Shown here: positions 1 to 10,312 of the stretch, piece by piece
Layout of the letters: every line of letters begins with the position of its first letter
Numbering within the stretch: the first letter of the stretch is position 1
Origin: Waterburya sp.
GTDB lineage: Bacteria; Cyanobacteriota; Cyanobacteriia; Cyanobacteriales; Xenococcaceae
Assembly (NCBI GenBank): GCA_965217895.1
Contig: CBDCJV010000002.1
Location: forward strand, 544,001 to 608,000
Length of the DNA: 64,000 nucleotides
Direction of reading: 5' to 3'
Notes under the pieces: model-generated
The model's input: only the letters and a program-made list of their open reading frames with translations
Database searches by the model: none
What the model was told of the DNA's origin: nothing
Translations under genes and position numbers: made by a program

Positions 1-179
1 TATTTAACGGCATCTTGAGCATTATTCTGGGCATTCTCATCTGGTCGCAGTGGCCCTTCGATGCACTCTGGATACTCGGCTTATTTATGGGTATCAGCCT
101 AATCTTAAACGGTGTTGAGGTCATTACCTTTGCCACATCAGCGCGACAACACCGAAGCGAACTAAGCCATGAATCCTGA
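1..179 (+). CDS. 3' end of HdeD/DUF308-like membrane protein (partial)
   Basis: Manual translation from nt 3: FNGILSIILGILIWSQWPFDALWILGLFMGISLILNGVEVITFATSARQHRSELSHES*; the WP..A.W..GL..GI.LI..G pattern is typical of DUF308; overlaps the glgX start. Confidence 0.65.
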   Translation, partial: FNGILSIILGILIWSQWPFDALWILGLFMGISLILNGVEVITFATSARQHRSELSHES

Positions 180-2223
180 TATTTTGCCTGGTCAAAGTTT
201 CCCCCTCGGTGCTACTGTCTACCCCGATGGAGTCAACTTCAGCATCTTTTCTAAAAATGCCGAGGTCATGGAATTGCTTTTATTTGATGCACCTGCTTCA
301 AAACCGACTCGTGTAATTCAATTAAACTCTCAAGCGCACAGAACCTACTACTACTGGCATATATTTGTCCCAGATATCAAAGCAGGACAGATATATGCTT
401 ACCGAGCTTATGGTCCTTTTGCCCCAGAAAGAGGCTATCGTTTTGACGGTACAAAGGTATTACTAGACCCTTACGCCCGTGCGGTAATCGATGATAGCTA
501 TAGTCGCCAAGCGGCGATCGCTCCTGGAGATAATTGCGATCGCGCCCTCAAAGGAGTTGTGGTCAATCCGAGTGATTATAACTGGGAGGGAGACAAGCCT
601 CCAAATATTCCCTATGCTGCTACGGTTATCTACGAACTGCACGTTCGCGGTTTTACCCGTCATCCTAATTCTGGTGTGACTCCCGTTAAACGAGGTACTT
701 ATGTAGGACTAATCGAGAAGATTCCTTACCTCAAAGACTTGGGCATAACTGCCGTAGAATTAATGCCCGTGCAGCAGTTTGACGAACAGGGTGCGCCGTC
801 ATTCTTAACGAACTATTGGGGTTACAGTCCCGTAGCCTTGTTTGCACCCCATCGGGGATATAGTTCTCAATCAGACCCTTTGGGAGTCGTCAATGAATTT
901 CGCGATCTCGTCAAGGCACTACACCAAGCAGGAATTGAAGTAATTCTCGATGTCGTTTTTAATCATACAGATGAGAGCGATCGCAATGGACCAACTCTTT
1001 CCTTTCGGGGATTGGAAAACCCCGCTTACTATATTTTAGAAGCTAACAAAGCCAACTACGCTAACTATAGCGGTTGTGGCAATACCTTTAATGGCAATCA
1101 CTCCGTCGTGCGTCACCTGATTCTCGACTGCTTGCGTTATTGGGTGAGCGAGATGCACGTTGATGGTTTTCGTTTCGATCTTGCTTCAGTGCTGTCCCGT
1201 GATGAATCTGGTAAACCTTTAGAAAATCCGCCAATACTGTGGTCGATTGAATCCGATCCAGTCTTAGCAGGAACTAAAATTATTGCCGAAGCTTGGGATG
1301 CGGGGGGACTCTATCAGGTTGGCACGTTTATTGGCGATCGCTTTTGTCAGTGGAATGGCCCTTTTCGCGATGACGTGCGCCGTTTTGTCAAAGGTGACTC
1401 TGGTACAGTTAGGACTTTAGCTGCGAGGATTATGGGCAGTCCTGATGTTTATCCCCAGGGCGATCGCGACCCCAACCGCAGCATCAATTTTGTCACCTGC
1501 CACGATGGCTTTACCCTCAATGATTTGGTTTCTTATAACAGCAAACATAACGAGGCTAACGGTGAAGATAATCGCGATGGTGCTAATGATAACTATAGCT
1601 GGAACTGCGGTGAAGAAGGAAAAACAGATAATTTAGCCATAGAAGCACTCCGCCAACGGCAGATTAAAAACTTTTTAACTATCTTATTTCTAGCTCAAGG
1701 TACACCCATGTTACTGATGGGAGATGAAGTAAGGCGATCGCAACAGGGTAATAATAATGCTTATTGTCAAAATAACGAGTTGAGTTGGTTTGACTGGGGC
1801 AATTTAGATAAGTATGCAGATTTGCGACATTTTACTCAGTGTCTGATTGATTTTACTCAGGCAAAAGCCATTTTTCGCCAGGAGAAAATCTTAGCTACCA
1901 CAACGACAACCAAAGCACCGCAAATTATTTGGCATGGTATTCATTTGGGACAGCCAGACTGGGGAGATGATTCCCATAGTCTTGCTTTTTCCCTGCATCA
2001 TCCTGAGTGTAACGAGCATCTGCACGTTATGCTCAATGCCTATTGGCGATCGCTTACTTTCGATTTACCACCCCCGCGACAGCCAGGAAACTGTTGGCAT
2101 CGAATTGTCGATACGGCATTGCCAACATCTGAGAGTTTTTGCTCTCTTGAAGCTGCTTCGCCTATTAAAGAAGGTAAATACGAGGTAGCAGCACGTTCGT
2201 CTGTAGTACTAATGGCGCGATAA
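169..2223 (+). CDS. glgX: Glycogen debranching enzyme (isoamylase, GH13)
   Basis: CBM48-like N-terminus, NYWGY, DVVFNH, DGFRFDLA, IAEAWD and FVTCHDGFTL motifs. Confidence 0.97.
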   Translation: MNPDILPGQSFPLGATVYPDGVNFSIFSKNAEVMELLLFDAPASKPTRVIQLNSQAHRTYYYWHIFVPDIKAGQIYAYRAYGPFAPERGYRFDGTKVLLDPYARAVIDDSYSRQAAIAPGDNCDRALKGVVVNPSDYNWEGDKPPNIPYAATVIYELHVRGFTRHPNSGVTPVKRGTYVGLIEKIPYLKDLGITAVELMPVQQFDEQGAPSFLTNYWGYSPVALFAPHRGYSSQSDPLGVVNEFRDLVKALHQAGIEVILDVVFNHTDESDRNGPTLSFRGLENPAYYILEANKANYANYSGCGNTFNGNHSVVRHLILDCLRYWVSEMHVDGFRFDLASVLSRDESGKPLENPPILWSIESDPVLAGTKIIAEAWDAGGLYQVGTFIGDRFCQWNGPFRDDVRRFVKGDSGTVRTLAARIMGSPDVYPQGDRDPNRSINFVTCHDGFTLNDLVSYNSKHNEANGEDNRDGANDNYSWNCGEEGKTDNLAIEALRQRQIKNFLTILFLAQGTPMLLMGDEVRRSQQGNNNAYCQNNELSWFDWGNLDKYADLRHFTQCLIDFTQAKAIFRQEKILATTTTTKAPQIIWHGIHLGQPDWGDDSHSLAFSLHHPECNEHLHVMLNAYWRSLTFDLPPPRQPGNCWHRIVDTALPTSESFCSLEAASPIKEGKYEVAARSSVVLMAR

Positions 2224-2359
2224 AAAAAGAGAGCCAGACAGAAAACGATTTTTCCTCACAACCTGCTCAAATTGTTATTGTAAGCTGCCATTGTCAAAGA
2301 AACTCAAGTTTAAAACGAATGAGCTTTTTTGAACTTCGCCAATCAAGGAGATAAAAGCA

Positions 2360-2875
2360 ATGTGGTGTCGAATTTGCAAATTTTTATCTAAGTTTATTTT
2401 GGCTGGTACATTAATCCTGCTTATTTTTCTAGGTTTAGATAATTTCACTACTCAACCAGCTTTAGCTTCGATCCGCGAAATGCAAGAAGCACCAGGACAA
2501 AAATTAATTCAATCTCGACATACTTTTAAAGACGAAAAAGGTATCTCTTGGCAGATAGTGCTATTCAAACGCTTCTTCGCCGATGATTCAAGCATTATTA
2601 ATTTGAGATTAGTAGATTTTTCTGGGTTAGCAGAGTTGGTTCACCCTCAAGCTTTAGAAATTACTACTGATACTAGGGATGTATTTAAGGCGGAGGACTT
2701 GTTTGCTGAAAAATCTCCTGCTGCCAATGTGGGCGAGTTTGATGTCAAAAACATCTTGTCTCAGTTGCCCATAACTAGATTGAATCTATCTTTTGCCATA
2801 AAAGATCGCTCGATTGAGCTATCAATTCCGCCTGAAGTGTTATTAGAGTGGCAAAGCGTCGCTGCTCAAAGCTAG
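2360..2875 (+). CDS. DUF3122-like exported cyanobacterial protein
   Basis: Signal peptide ending PALA, then EAPGQ..QSR...D..G.SWQ.VLFKR pattern; RBS AAGGAG. Confidence 0.7.
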   Translation: MWCRICKFLSKFILAGTLILLIFLGLDNFTTQPALASIREMQEAPGQKLIQSRHTFKDEKGISWQIVLFKRFFADDSSIINLRLVDFSGLAELVHPQALEITTDTRDVFKAEDLFAEKSPAANVGEFDVKNILSQLPITRLNLSFAIKDRSIELSIPPEVLLEWQSVAAQS

Positions 2876-2941
2876 CGGTTTTCTTGTCATTAGAATACTG
2901 AACCTTAAGTATTCTAATTATTACACTACCTTGACTCTACA

Positions 2942-5866
2942 ATGAATACAAAATACTTCCAAAATAAAAAATTATCGGAAAATTCTCGATCGGGAGTTTT
3001 CACCCAGGACTCTTTAGATCGACAATGGGAACGCCTGTCTGTGTCAGAGGTAGTTGCTGCTTTTAAAAGTAATTTAACCGCAGGACTAACCCAACCCGAA
3101 GTAGCCGAGCGTCAAGAACGTTTTGGTGCTAATCAATTAACTCCCCAAAAGAAGACCAGTGCTTGGATGCGATTTTTACAACAGTTTAATCAACCGTTGT
3201 TGTATATTTTAATCGGGGCGGGGCTAGTCACCCTATTACTGCAAGAGTGGGTGGATGCTGGAGTAATCTTTGGCGTTGTTTTAATTAATGCGATCGTCGG
3301 CTATATCCAAGAAGCTAAAGCAGAGAAGGCAATGGAAGCCCTGGCTAAGTCGATGGTAACTAAGACAAGAGTAATTCGCGATCGCACTTCTTCGCGACTA
3401 GCTTCGAGTTCACTCGTACCTGGAGATATTGTTTGCCTGGAAGCTGGAGATAAAGTGCCAGCCGATTTGCGGTTGCTTCAGTGCAAACATTTGCAAATCA
3501 ACGAGTCTACCCTCACAGGAGAATCTGTGCCAGTTGATAAAGATACTAAACCCCTAGAAGAAGAAACCTCCCTGGGCGATCGCCTTAATATGGCTTATGC
3601 GGGTACTATTGTCACCGCAGGGCAAGGACGGGGAATTGTAGTGGCGATCGCCGAAGCCACCGAAACGGGTAAAATCTCTACCCTCATGGAGCAACAAACC
3701 AACCTAACTTCTCCCATCGTGCGGAAATTAGAGAAGTTTAGCTGGCAACTGCTGTATGTTTTCCTCGGATTAGCCACACTAATTATTGTCGTCGGATTGG
3801 GGCAAGGAAAATCTTGGATAGAAATGTTTCAGACTGCCGTGGCTTTAGCGGTTAGTGGAATCCCCGAACAACTTCCCCCGTTAGTAACCATTATTCTTGC
3901 CATTGGGGTTTCTCGCATGGCTAGCCGTCATGCCATTGTTCGTAAACTGCCAGCCGTAGAAACCTTGGGGAGTGCCACAGTTATTTGCTCTGATAAAACG
4001 GGGACGCTCACCGAAAACCAAATGACCGTTGAGGCTATTTATGCAGGGGGTCAGCACTATCGAGTTACGGGGACAGGCTATAGCGTTGAGGGTGAAATTT
4101 TACAGGATAACCAGTCGATTGTGCTTGAAGCAGATCGAGGGCTAAGGTCGTGTTTGCAGTGCGGATTGCTGTGTAATGACTCTCATCTTAAAGAACATAA
4201 TGGGCAATTGACAGTTGAGGGAGATCCGACTGAGGGGGCAATGATTGTCGTTACCGAGAAAGCCCGAATGCACCGCGCTACTCTAGAACGGAAATTACCG
4301 CGAATAGATGTGATTCCCTTTGCCTCGGAACATCAGTATATGGCAACTCTTCATCAAAACCCAAGGGGAGGCAGAATCATTTACGTTAAAGGCTCTACTG
4401 AAGCCATTCTCAGTCGCTGCGATTTGGGCGAAGGTAATGGAAGATCTGCGGTTGAGGCGCAAGCGATTGAATCTATAGCCGAACAGATGGCTGGACGAGG
4501 ATTGCGGGTGCTAGCTTTAGCCAGAAAGTCCGTTGACTCTCAGCTTGATTCTTTATCACGAAAACAGATCGATTGCGGTTTAACTTTTTTAGGTTTGCAA
4601 GGAATGATCGACCCGCCTCGGCAAGAGGCTGTTCGGGCTGTAAAAGCCTGTCAGACTGCGGGAATTGGGGTCAAGATGATAACTGGCGACCATGCCGTAA
4701 CTGCTAGTGCGATCGCCCATATGCTGAACTTAAGCCAAGGAGAGATACAGGCACTCTCAGGCAAAAGCTTAGAGCAGATGAGCGATCAAGAATTAAACAA
4801 TGCTGTAGAAGACACTATGGTATTTGCAAGAGTCGCACCGAAGCAAAAACTGCGCTTAATTGAGACACTGCAAGCCAAAGGCGAAATTGTAGCGATGACG
4901 GGAGATGGAGTGAATGATGCTCCAGCCCTGAAACAAGCCGATATTGGCATCGCTATGGGCAAAAGTGGTACGGAAGTAGCCAAGGAAGCTGCTGATATTA
5001 TTTTAACCGATGACAATTTTGCTTCCATTGAAGCTGCGGTGGAAGAAGGGCGAACGGTTTATTTTAATCTGCGAAAGGCGATCGCTTTTGTTCTCCCAGT
5101 CAATGGAGGAGAGGCACTAACGATTTTAGCGGGGGTACTCTTAGGAACCGTACTGCCAATTTTGCCCCTGCAAATCCTCTGGATAAATATGGTCAGTTCC
5201 TCTTCTCTGTCAATTCCCTTAGCTTTTGAACCACAGCCAAAAAACCTAATGCGATCGCCACCCCGTCAGCCCAATGAACCCCTGCTTACGAGTAGTATAC
5301 TCTGGCGGATAGTGGTTATTTCCTTATTTAATTGGGCAGCTACCTTTGGCATATTTGAATGGGTAGTAGCGAGTACAGGAGAAGAAGCTCTCGCCCGTAC
5401 TATGGCGGTGCAAACTTTAGTAGCAGCAGAAATTTTTTATTTACTCTGTATCAGTCGCTTTATCCCTTCTCTCTTTGCCAAGATACGCGATCGACGAGAA
5501 GCGATACAGCGCGGTCTTGCGAGAAAGGACTTGTCCGCATCTGAGTCCGTTGTGGAGGTTCTCTCCGTTGAAGAAACTGTCGAGGGCGGGGGTTTCCCCC
5601 ATGAGCGACACAGAGGCTTCGCCTCAGAGCCTTCTGCGAAGGCGATGGCGCAAAAAAGCGCCGTTCAAGAATCATTCGCTTATGCCCCTGGAATCGGGAT
5701 TATCTGTATTGTAGTTTTACAAATACTCTTCAGCCAGTTATCCGTGATGAACGCTTTATTTGAAACTGTTCCCCTCAGTTTAACCCAATGGGTGATATGT
5801 CTGGGCGCAGGCTTACCTGTAGTGATTTTCGCCTTGCTGTTAAAACGCTTTAAGCCCCTAAGTTAA
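2942..5866 (+). CDS. Cation-transporting P-type ATPase (P2A-like) with a 57-aa repeat-derived insert
   Basis: TGES, DKTGTLT, GDPTE, MITGD and TGDGVNDAPAL motifs; insert at 5501-5671. Confidence 0.93.
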   Translation: MNTKYFQNKKLSENSRSGVFTQDSLDRQWERLSVSEVVAAFKSNLTAGLTQPEVAERQERFGANQLTPQKKTSAWMRFLQQFNQPLLYILIGAGLVTLLLQEWVDAGVIFGVVLINAIVGYIQEAKAEKAMEALAKSMVTKTRVIRDRTSSRLASSSLVPGDIVCLEAGDKVPADLRLLQCKHLQINESTLTGESVPVDKDTKPLEEETSLGDRLNMAYAGTIVTAGQGRGIVVAIAEATETGKISTLMEQQTNLTSPIVRKLEKFSWQLLYVFLGLATLIIVVGLGQGKSWIEMFQTAVALAVSGIPEQLPPLVTIILAIGVSRMASRHAIVRKLPAVETLGSATVICSDKTGTLTENQMTVEAIYAGGQHYRVTGTGYSVEGEILQDNQSIVLEADRGLRSCLQCGLLCNDSHLKEHNGQLTVEGDPTEGAMIVVTEKARMHRATLERKLPRIDVIPFASEHQYMATLHQNPRGGRIIYVKGSTEAILSRCDLGEGNGRSAVEAQAIESIAEQMAGRGLRVLALARKSVDSQLDSLSRKQIDCGLTFLGLQGMIDPPRQEAVRAVKACQTAGIGVKMITGDHAVTASAIAHMLNLSQGEIQALSGKSLEQMSDQELNNAVEDTMVFARVAPKQKLRLIETLQAKGEIVAMTGDGVNDAPALKQADIGIAMGKSGTEVAKEAADIILTDDNFASIEAAVEEGRTVYFNLRKAIAFVLPVNGGEALTILAGVLLGTVLPILPLQILWINMVSSSSLSIPLAFEPQPKNLMRSPPRQPNEPLLTSSILWRIVVISLFNWAATFGIFEWVVASTGEEALARTMAVQTLVAAEIFYLLCISRFIPSLFAKIRDRREAIQRGLARKDLSASESVVEVLSVEETVEGGGFPHERHRGFASEPSAKAMAQKSAVQESFAYAPGIGIICIVVLQILFSQLSVMNALFETVPLSLTQWVICLGAGLPVVIFALLLKRFKPLS
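5501..5671. repeat. Nested composite of small GC-rich hairpin repeats inserted in frame
   Basis: 171 bp flanked by duplicated AGAA; contains several hairpins and sub-elements that recur at 6952-7020, 19008-19100, 49926 and 53378. Confidence 0.8.
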
Positions 5867-6112
5867 ATTCACCTGTTTAGTTGCTTGTTGACAAAGTAAC
5901 TTGGCAAACCATCACACTGATAATAATAGACTTCTTGCAATTTTTGATACAAAAGAATAGTCACAAATTATCTCGATTGCCGTAGCGCAAAGCGTCCTAG
6001 TCCTAAAGAATCCCTAAAGGATACTATATCCGTAGGTGTATCCTTTAGGACACCTTCGGACACTAAACCTATGCGCATAAATAATAAATTAGTCTTTATT
6101 ACCTATTACCTT

Positions 6113-6388
6113 TTGGTGATAAGTTTAGAAAAAATGATTATAGTCAACTACTACATATAGTGACTTTAATTTTAGCAAACACCAAATATGGATTAAAGCC
6201 AATTTCATTGGCGATCGCCACGGTAGGAATTAGAGTTTATGAAAATACTTCAAAAGCTAAGAGCGCACAAAGCGGAGCTTTGAAAGCGTCGCTAGACGCG
6301 ACTTCGCCCCTTCAGGGCATGCAGCTGATAGCTAAGAGCTTTCATACCATTTGACAAACAACGTAGTCCCTTAACTTGTCACGAATGC
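6113..6388. mobile_element. MITE family A, copy 1
   Basis: Ends TTGGTGATAAGTTTAG ... CTTAACTTGTCACGAATGC; internally similar to the reverse complement of 12958-13208. Confidence 0.75.
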
Positions 6389-6518
6389 TTATTACCTTTT
6401 GGCAAAGTAGTCAGCGAGCGGATCTTTCCTCATAAATCCCTCAAATTTTTACCTTATTTTTAAGTTATGGCTAAATAACTAGCTTTCAAAATCAATTACA
6501 TTGAGGAGAAGAAAAAAT

Positions 6519-6842
6519 ATGCAAGTTCCCCTACAAATTACCTTTCGCAATCTTCCTCACTCAGATGCGATCGCCGATAAAATCAAGCGACAGTTTATCA
6601 AACTACAGCGTTTTAGCGATCGTATTATTAGATGTCAGGCGGTAGTAGAAATTCCTTATCACCATCATCATAAAGGGAATCCATATCACATCAGAATTAA
6701 TCTAACTTTGCCTGGTGAAGAATTGGTTGTTAATCAAGATGCTTCAGATAGATCTCCTGAAAATGCTTATATTGCAATTCGCGATGCTTTTAATGCTGCA
6801 CGGCGAGAATTAAAGGAATATAGTATGCTTCAAAAGCTCTAA
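6519..6842 (+). CDS. HPF/RaiA-family (sigma54 modulation) ribosome-associated protein, single domain
   Basis: MQVPLQITFRNLPHSDAI...HHHHKGNPYHIRINLTLPG..LVV...AIRDAF.AARR; GAGGAG RBS before the ATG at 6519. Confidence 0.8.
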   Translation: MQVPLQITFRNLPHSDAIADKIKRQFIKLQRFSDRIIRCQAVVEIPYHHHHKGNPYHIRINLTLPGEELVVNQDASDRSPENAYIAIRDAFNAARRELKEYSMLQKL

Positions 6843-6903
6843 TTTTCTTGGCTTTACACAATAGACTCCTGCTGGAGATATTTACAATTGACCAAAGGTT
6901 AGG

Positions 6904-7065
6904 CAAGCCCTGTATCACAACGCATTCCCTTGCGCCTATCGGCGACGCGGTGAGACAGTTGCGTTGCGGGGGGTCCCCCCGTTGAGGTTATTGTCGAGGG
7001 TGAGCAAACTGTTGAACCCTTTAGGGGGTCGTTGCTCCGTTTTACGGCGGAGAGCCCGACCTTTT
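6904..7065. repeat. Intergenic composite of GC-rich hairpin repeats
   Basis: GAGACAGTTGCGTTGCGGGGGGTCCCCCCGTTGAGG...GAGCAAACTGTT; homologous to 24819-24888. Confidence 0.75.
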
Positions 7066-7178
7066 CAGCAGAAATATTTTTTCATAAATAAATTTGTTTT
7101 GACCCCCAAATTTTAACTCCACAAACAACCATTATCAATTTGATGTCGGGTCTATACCTAAATTATGAGGTACTTAAA

Positions 7179-7571
7179 ATGGACTTTGAGAATGTTGTTC
7201 TCAACAATCATGATTTTGATATTCAAACTTTCTCTCTAGAGAACTCGAATACGAAAATAGCGATCGATACAGAATCAAAAGTTGTTCTTCCTTCAGTAAA
7301 TCAACCTGTCAGCTCTATTGATATCTTTTTTATCTGGATCGCTATTCTTAGCATAACTAGCTCGTTCTTGTATGAACTTATTAAAAAGCTAGAAATAATA
7401 GAAATCAAAGATAAATTTGTCTCCCCTTCTTTCCAAACTCCTTGTAGAAACTGTCAGTTCTATGATAGAAACCCATACCTTAAATGTGCAGTGCATCCAA
7501 ATCGAGTTTTTACTAAACAAGCTATTAATTGTGTTGACTACTGCAATAAAGACCAACACTACAAGTCTTAG
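7179..7571 (+). CDS. Membrane-anchored cyanobacterial protein with C-terminal Cys cluster
   Basis: One TM helix then PCRNCQFY...YLKCAVHP...C.DY; ATG at 7179 preceded by GAGG. Confidence 0.6.
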   Translation: MDFENVVLNNHDFDIQTFSLENSNTKIAIDTESKVVLPSVNQPVSSIDIFFIWIAILSITSSFLYELIKKLEIIEIKDKFVSPSFQTPCRNCQFYDRNPYLKCAVHPNRVFTKQAINCVDYCNKDQHYKS

Positions 7572-7976
7572 ATTAAAGGTCTGAAATAGTTTTTAGCCTT
7601 TAGCTGCCAATTAGATAATAATGTTGATGATTAAATAGATTTTTTTGATAATTGTTGCTCTATCAGTGTTGTCAGCGCATTTGGCAACTCTTTAACCCTC
7701 AAACGATCAATCTTTCATGAAAGATTGAAATAATAGCCGATCTTAATTTAATCGGTATCAATACGAGATTTATAAAGGTTGATGTGCTGAAGGCGATCGA
7801 CAGATCGAGCTATAACCCCAAATTATTTAGGCTTCATAACTTCCTCAAATTATAAATCTATGGTTTTAAGTGAAGGATTAATTATTAATTGTTTCGACAA
7901 ATATAACAATAAAGGAGTTTTAACGATGCGTCGATTAATATCAATTATTTTAAAGACTAAATCACCAACGCTTTAA

Positions 7977-9521
7977 ATGGATGTTTCTTCTTTAGTCCAA
8001 ATTCTCGTCATCCTTTTGCTCGTTGCTACTGGCGTAGGTCTTTTGTCACGATGGTTGCAAATTCCTTATGTCACGGGGTTAGTTTTGGCAGGTTTACCGA
8101 TTACTGAGATCTTGTCTCGTCGTATTGGTTTAGAACCTTCTTTGGTCTTGAATCTTTTTCTGCCAATTCTAATTTTTGAAGCTGCTATTAATACAGATAT
8201 TAGTCGCTTACGAAGCACGTTTAAACCAATTGCACTTCTGGCTGTACCTGGAACAGTGTTTTCCTTCGCTGTTATCGCTGTTTTGCTGAAATATGGATTG
8301 GGAATGAGCTGGATTCCCTCACTGCTTATCGGAACGTGTCTGGCAAATACGGATACGGTATCGATAATAGCTGTTTTTAAGCAAATATCTGTCCCTTCAA
8401 GGCTCTCTACCATTGTTGAAGGAGAAACTTTGTTTAACGATGCTGCTGCCTTAGTTTTGTTTAACCTAGTTTTGACGGTATATCAAACAGGTTCGCTCAC
8501 GTTTTTCGAGGGAGTAAAGGAACTGTTATTTGTTGCTCTAGGGGGCAGTGTCGTCGGGTTAGTCTTAGGCTACTTGAGCCTACCTATATTTAATCGTTTA
8601 GACGATCCTCTTAGTAGTCTATTACTAACGGTTGCAGTGTCATTAGGAACTTTTCAGGTAGGGCAGTTTCTCGGTGTATCGGGGGCTGTAGCTGTAGTTA
8701 TGGCTGGATTAATTTTCGGGAATCTGGGGCTTTCTCAGACTACTTCGGCTTCCGATCGGCTCGTACTGTTGAGTTTCTGGGAATATGCTAGCTTTGGTGT
8801 CAATACCTTCATTTTCCTGCTAATTGGCATAGAAATTATGCCTATGGAGCTTTGGAACATTTTGCCAGCGATTCTGTTTGTCGTTCTGGCTTATCAACTA
8901 GCACGAGTTCTTTCAGTCTATCTGCTATTATTAGGGCTACGCTGGTTCGATCGCCCAATCCCCCTACGCTGGCAGCACGTTCTGTTTTTAGGTAACATCA
9001 AAGGCTCGCTTTCCATGGCATTGGCTCTCAGCCTTCCTCTGGCTTTACCAGGACGAGAAGAAATCATTACTTTGGTTTTTGGTGCAGTATTTTTTTCTCT
9101 GGTAGGACAGGGACTAAGCTTACCTTGGCTAGTTAAACGGCTGAAATTATTTAACTTTTCTCCATTCCATCAACAGATTCAAGAATGGCAAGCCCAGTTG
9201 ATGACGGCAAAAGCAGCCCAAGATGAATTAGACAGTCTCCTCAAGTCAGGAGTGTTGCCCAAGGCTGTCTATGAAGAAATGCGCTCGACTTATCAGGTAC
9301 GAGTAGTAGGGGCAGAAAAGGCATTACGCAACATTTATAATACCCGTTCGGAACGCGCCAGTAACAATTTAACTAAACTTGATGCTATTTATCGTCGCTT
9401 ACTGTTAGCAGAGAAAATAGCACTCAACGAGGCGATGCAGAAACGAATCCTTTCCGAAACAATTGTGCGATCGCTTTTGCAAACTATTGACGAACAGTTG
9501 TTAAGGTTAGAAGATGATTAG
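7977..9521 (+). CDS. CPA1/NhaP-type Na+(K+)/H+ antiporter
   Basis: About 12 TM helices, LP.LIFEAA, TDTVS and EGETLFND motifs. Confidence 0.92.
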   Translation: MDVSSLVQILVILLLVATGVGLLSRWLQIPYVTGLVLAGLPITEILSRRIGLEPSLVLNLFLPILIFEAAINTDISRLRSTFKPIALLAVPGTVFSFAVIAVLLKYGLGMSWIPSLLIGTCLANTDTVSIIAVFKQISVPSRLSTIVEGETLFNDAAALVLFNLVLTVYQTGSLTFFEGVKELLFVALGGSVVGLVLGYLSLPIFNRLDDPLSSLLLTVAVSLGTFQVGQFLGVSGAVAVVMAGLIFGNLGLSQTTSASDRLVLLSFWEYASFGVNTFIFLLIGIEIMPMELWNILPAILFVVLAYQLARVLSVYLLLLGLRWFDRPIPLRWQHVLFLGNIKGSLSMALALSLPLALPGREEIITLVFGAVFFSLVGQGLSLPWLVKRLKLFNFSPFHQQIQEWQAQLMTAKAAQDELDSLLKSGVLPKAVYEEMRSTYQVRVVGAEKALRNIYNTRSERASNNLTKLDAIYRRLLLAEKIALNEAMQKRILSETIVRSLLQTIDEQLLRLEDD

Positions 9522-9746
9522 CGCTCGAGGAAAAACTGGGTACACCAACTGACTATTAGTTACCGTCGCTCTAGGTTTAAACACATGCGGGGAGTACCCC
9601 TTTGTTGCCCTTCAAAGGCGACTTTACGTTAGCTGTTAGCCTTCAATTAAAAACCTGCGTAGCTATAAACCAACTGCTTTGCGCCACATCCGAAGGTAAG
9701 CTAAGAGCTAATAGCTAAGAGCTAATAGCTTGAATCACCGATCCTT

Positions 9747-10310
9747 TTAGGGCGGTGAGGAGTCAATCCGACTTTTAATCACTTTACCAGGACTGACAAA
9801 AGAAATTCCTTGTTGATAACCACTACCAATCATAACTGCCTCAATTATAGGTTCGCTCACGGTTGTTTGGGCGACCCACTCGACAATAAATTTGGCTCCC
9901 GAACCGCCACTGTTATCAGTGGTATTGACAAAAAAATCTGTAGAACCTAAAGCAGCAATCTCAATAGGATTCTCTAGATAATTTCTAACTAACTTACCGT
10001 TCTCGTCATAATATCGTACAGAAGTAATAACGATCGCCTTGTTAAGATCGGTATTGCGAAGACTGAGAGTAGCAGCTAAATCGAAAGTCTTTTTTTCATC
10101 CTGATGATAAATGTGGGAGTAGACGGTGACATAAATAGTTTGTCCCATTGCTACTTGGAAATTTTCATCCAAAGCAATTATTTTTTGAGACTGATTTAGG
10201 CGATCGCCATTATCTCGTAACTGCGATGGATTCTCTTCTGGGGTGCAGGATATAAGTAAAAAAGCAGCAACTACCAAATTTAAAAGTCTACATAACTTCA
10301 TCTTAATCAT
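9747..10310 (-). CDS. DUF3124-family lipoprotein
   Basis: Lipobox LISC; GQTIYV.VYSHIY, LSLRNTD, GGSGAKFIVEW and PIIEAVMIG motifs. Confidence 0.85.
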   Translation of the reverse strand: MIKMKLCRLLNLVVAAFLLISCTPEENPSQLRDNGDRLNQSQKIIALDENFQVAMGQTIYVTVYSHIYHQDEKKTFDLAATLSLRNTDLNKAIVITSVRYYDENGKLVRNYLENPIEIAALGSTDFFVNTTDNSGGSGAKFIVEWVAQTTVSEPIIEAVMIGSGYQQGISFVSPGKVIKSRIDSSPP

Positions 10311-10312
10311 TT

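Noticed and set aside
6160..6354. 64-aa ORF
   Set aside because: Lies entirely within MITE copy 1
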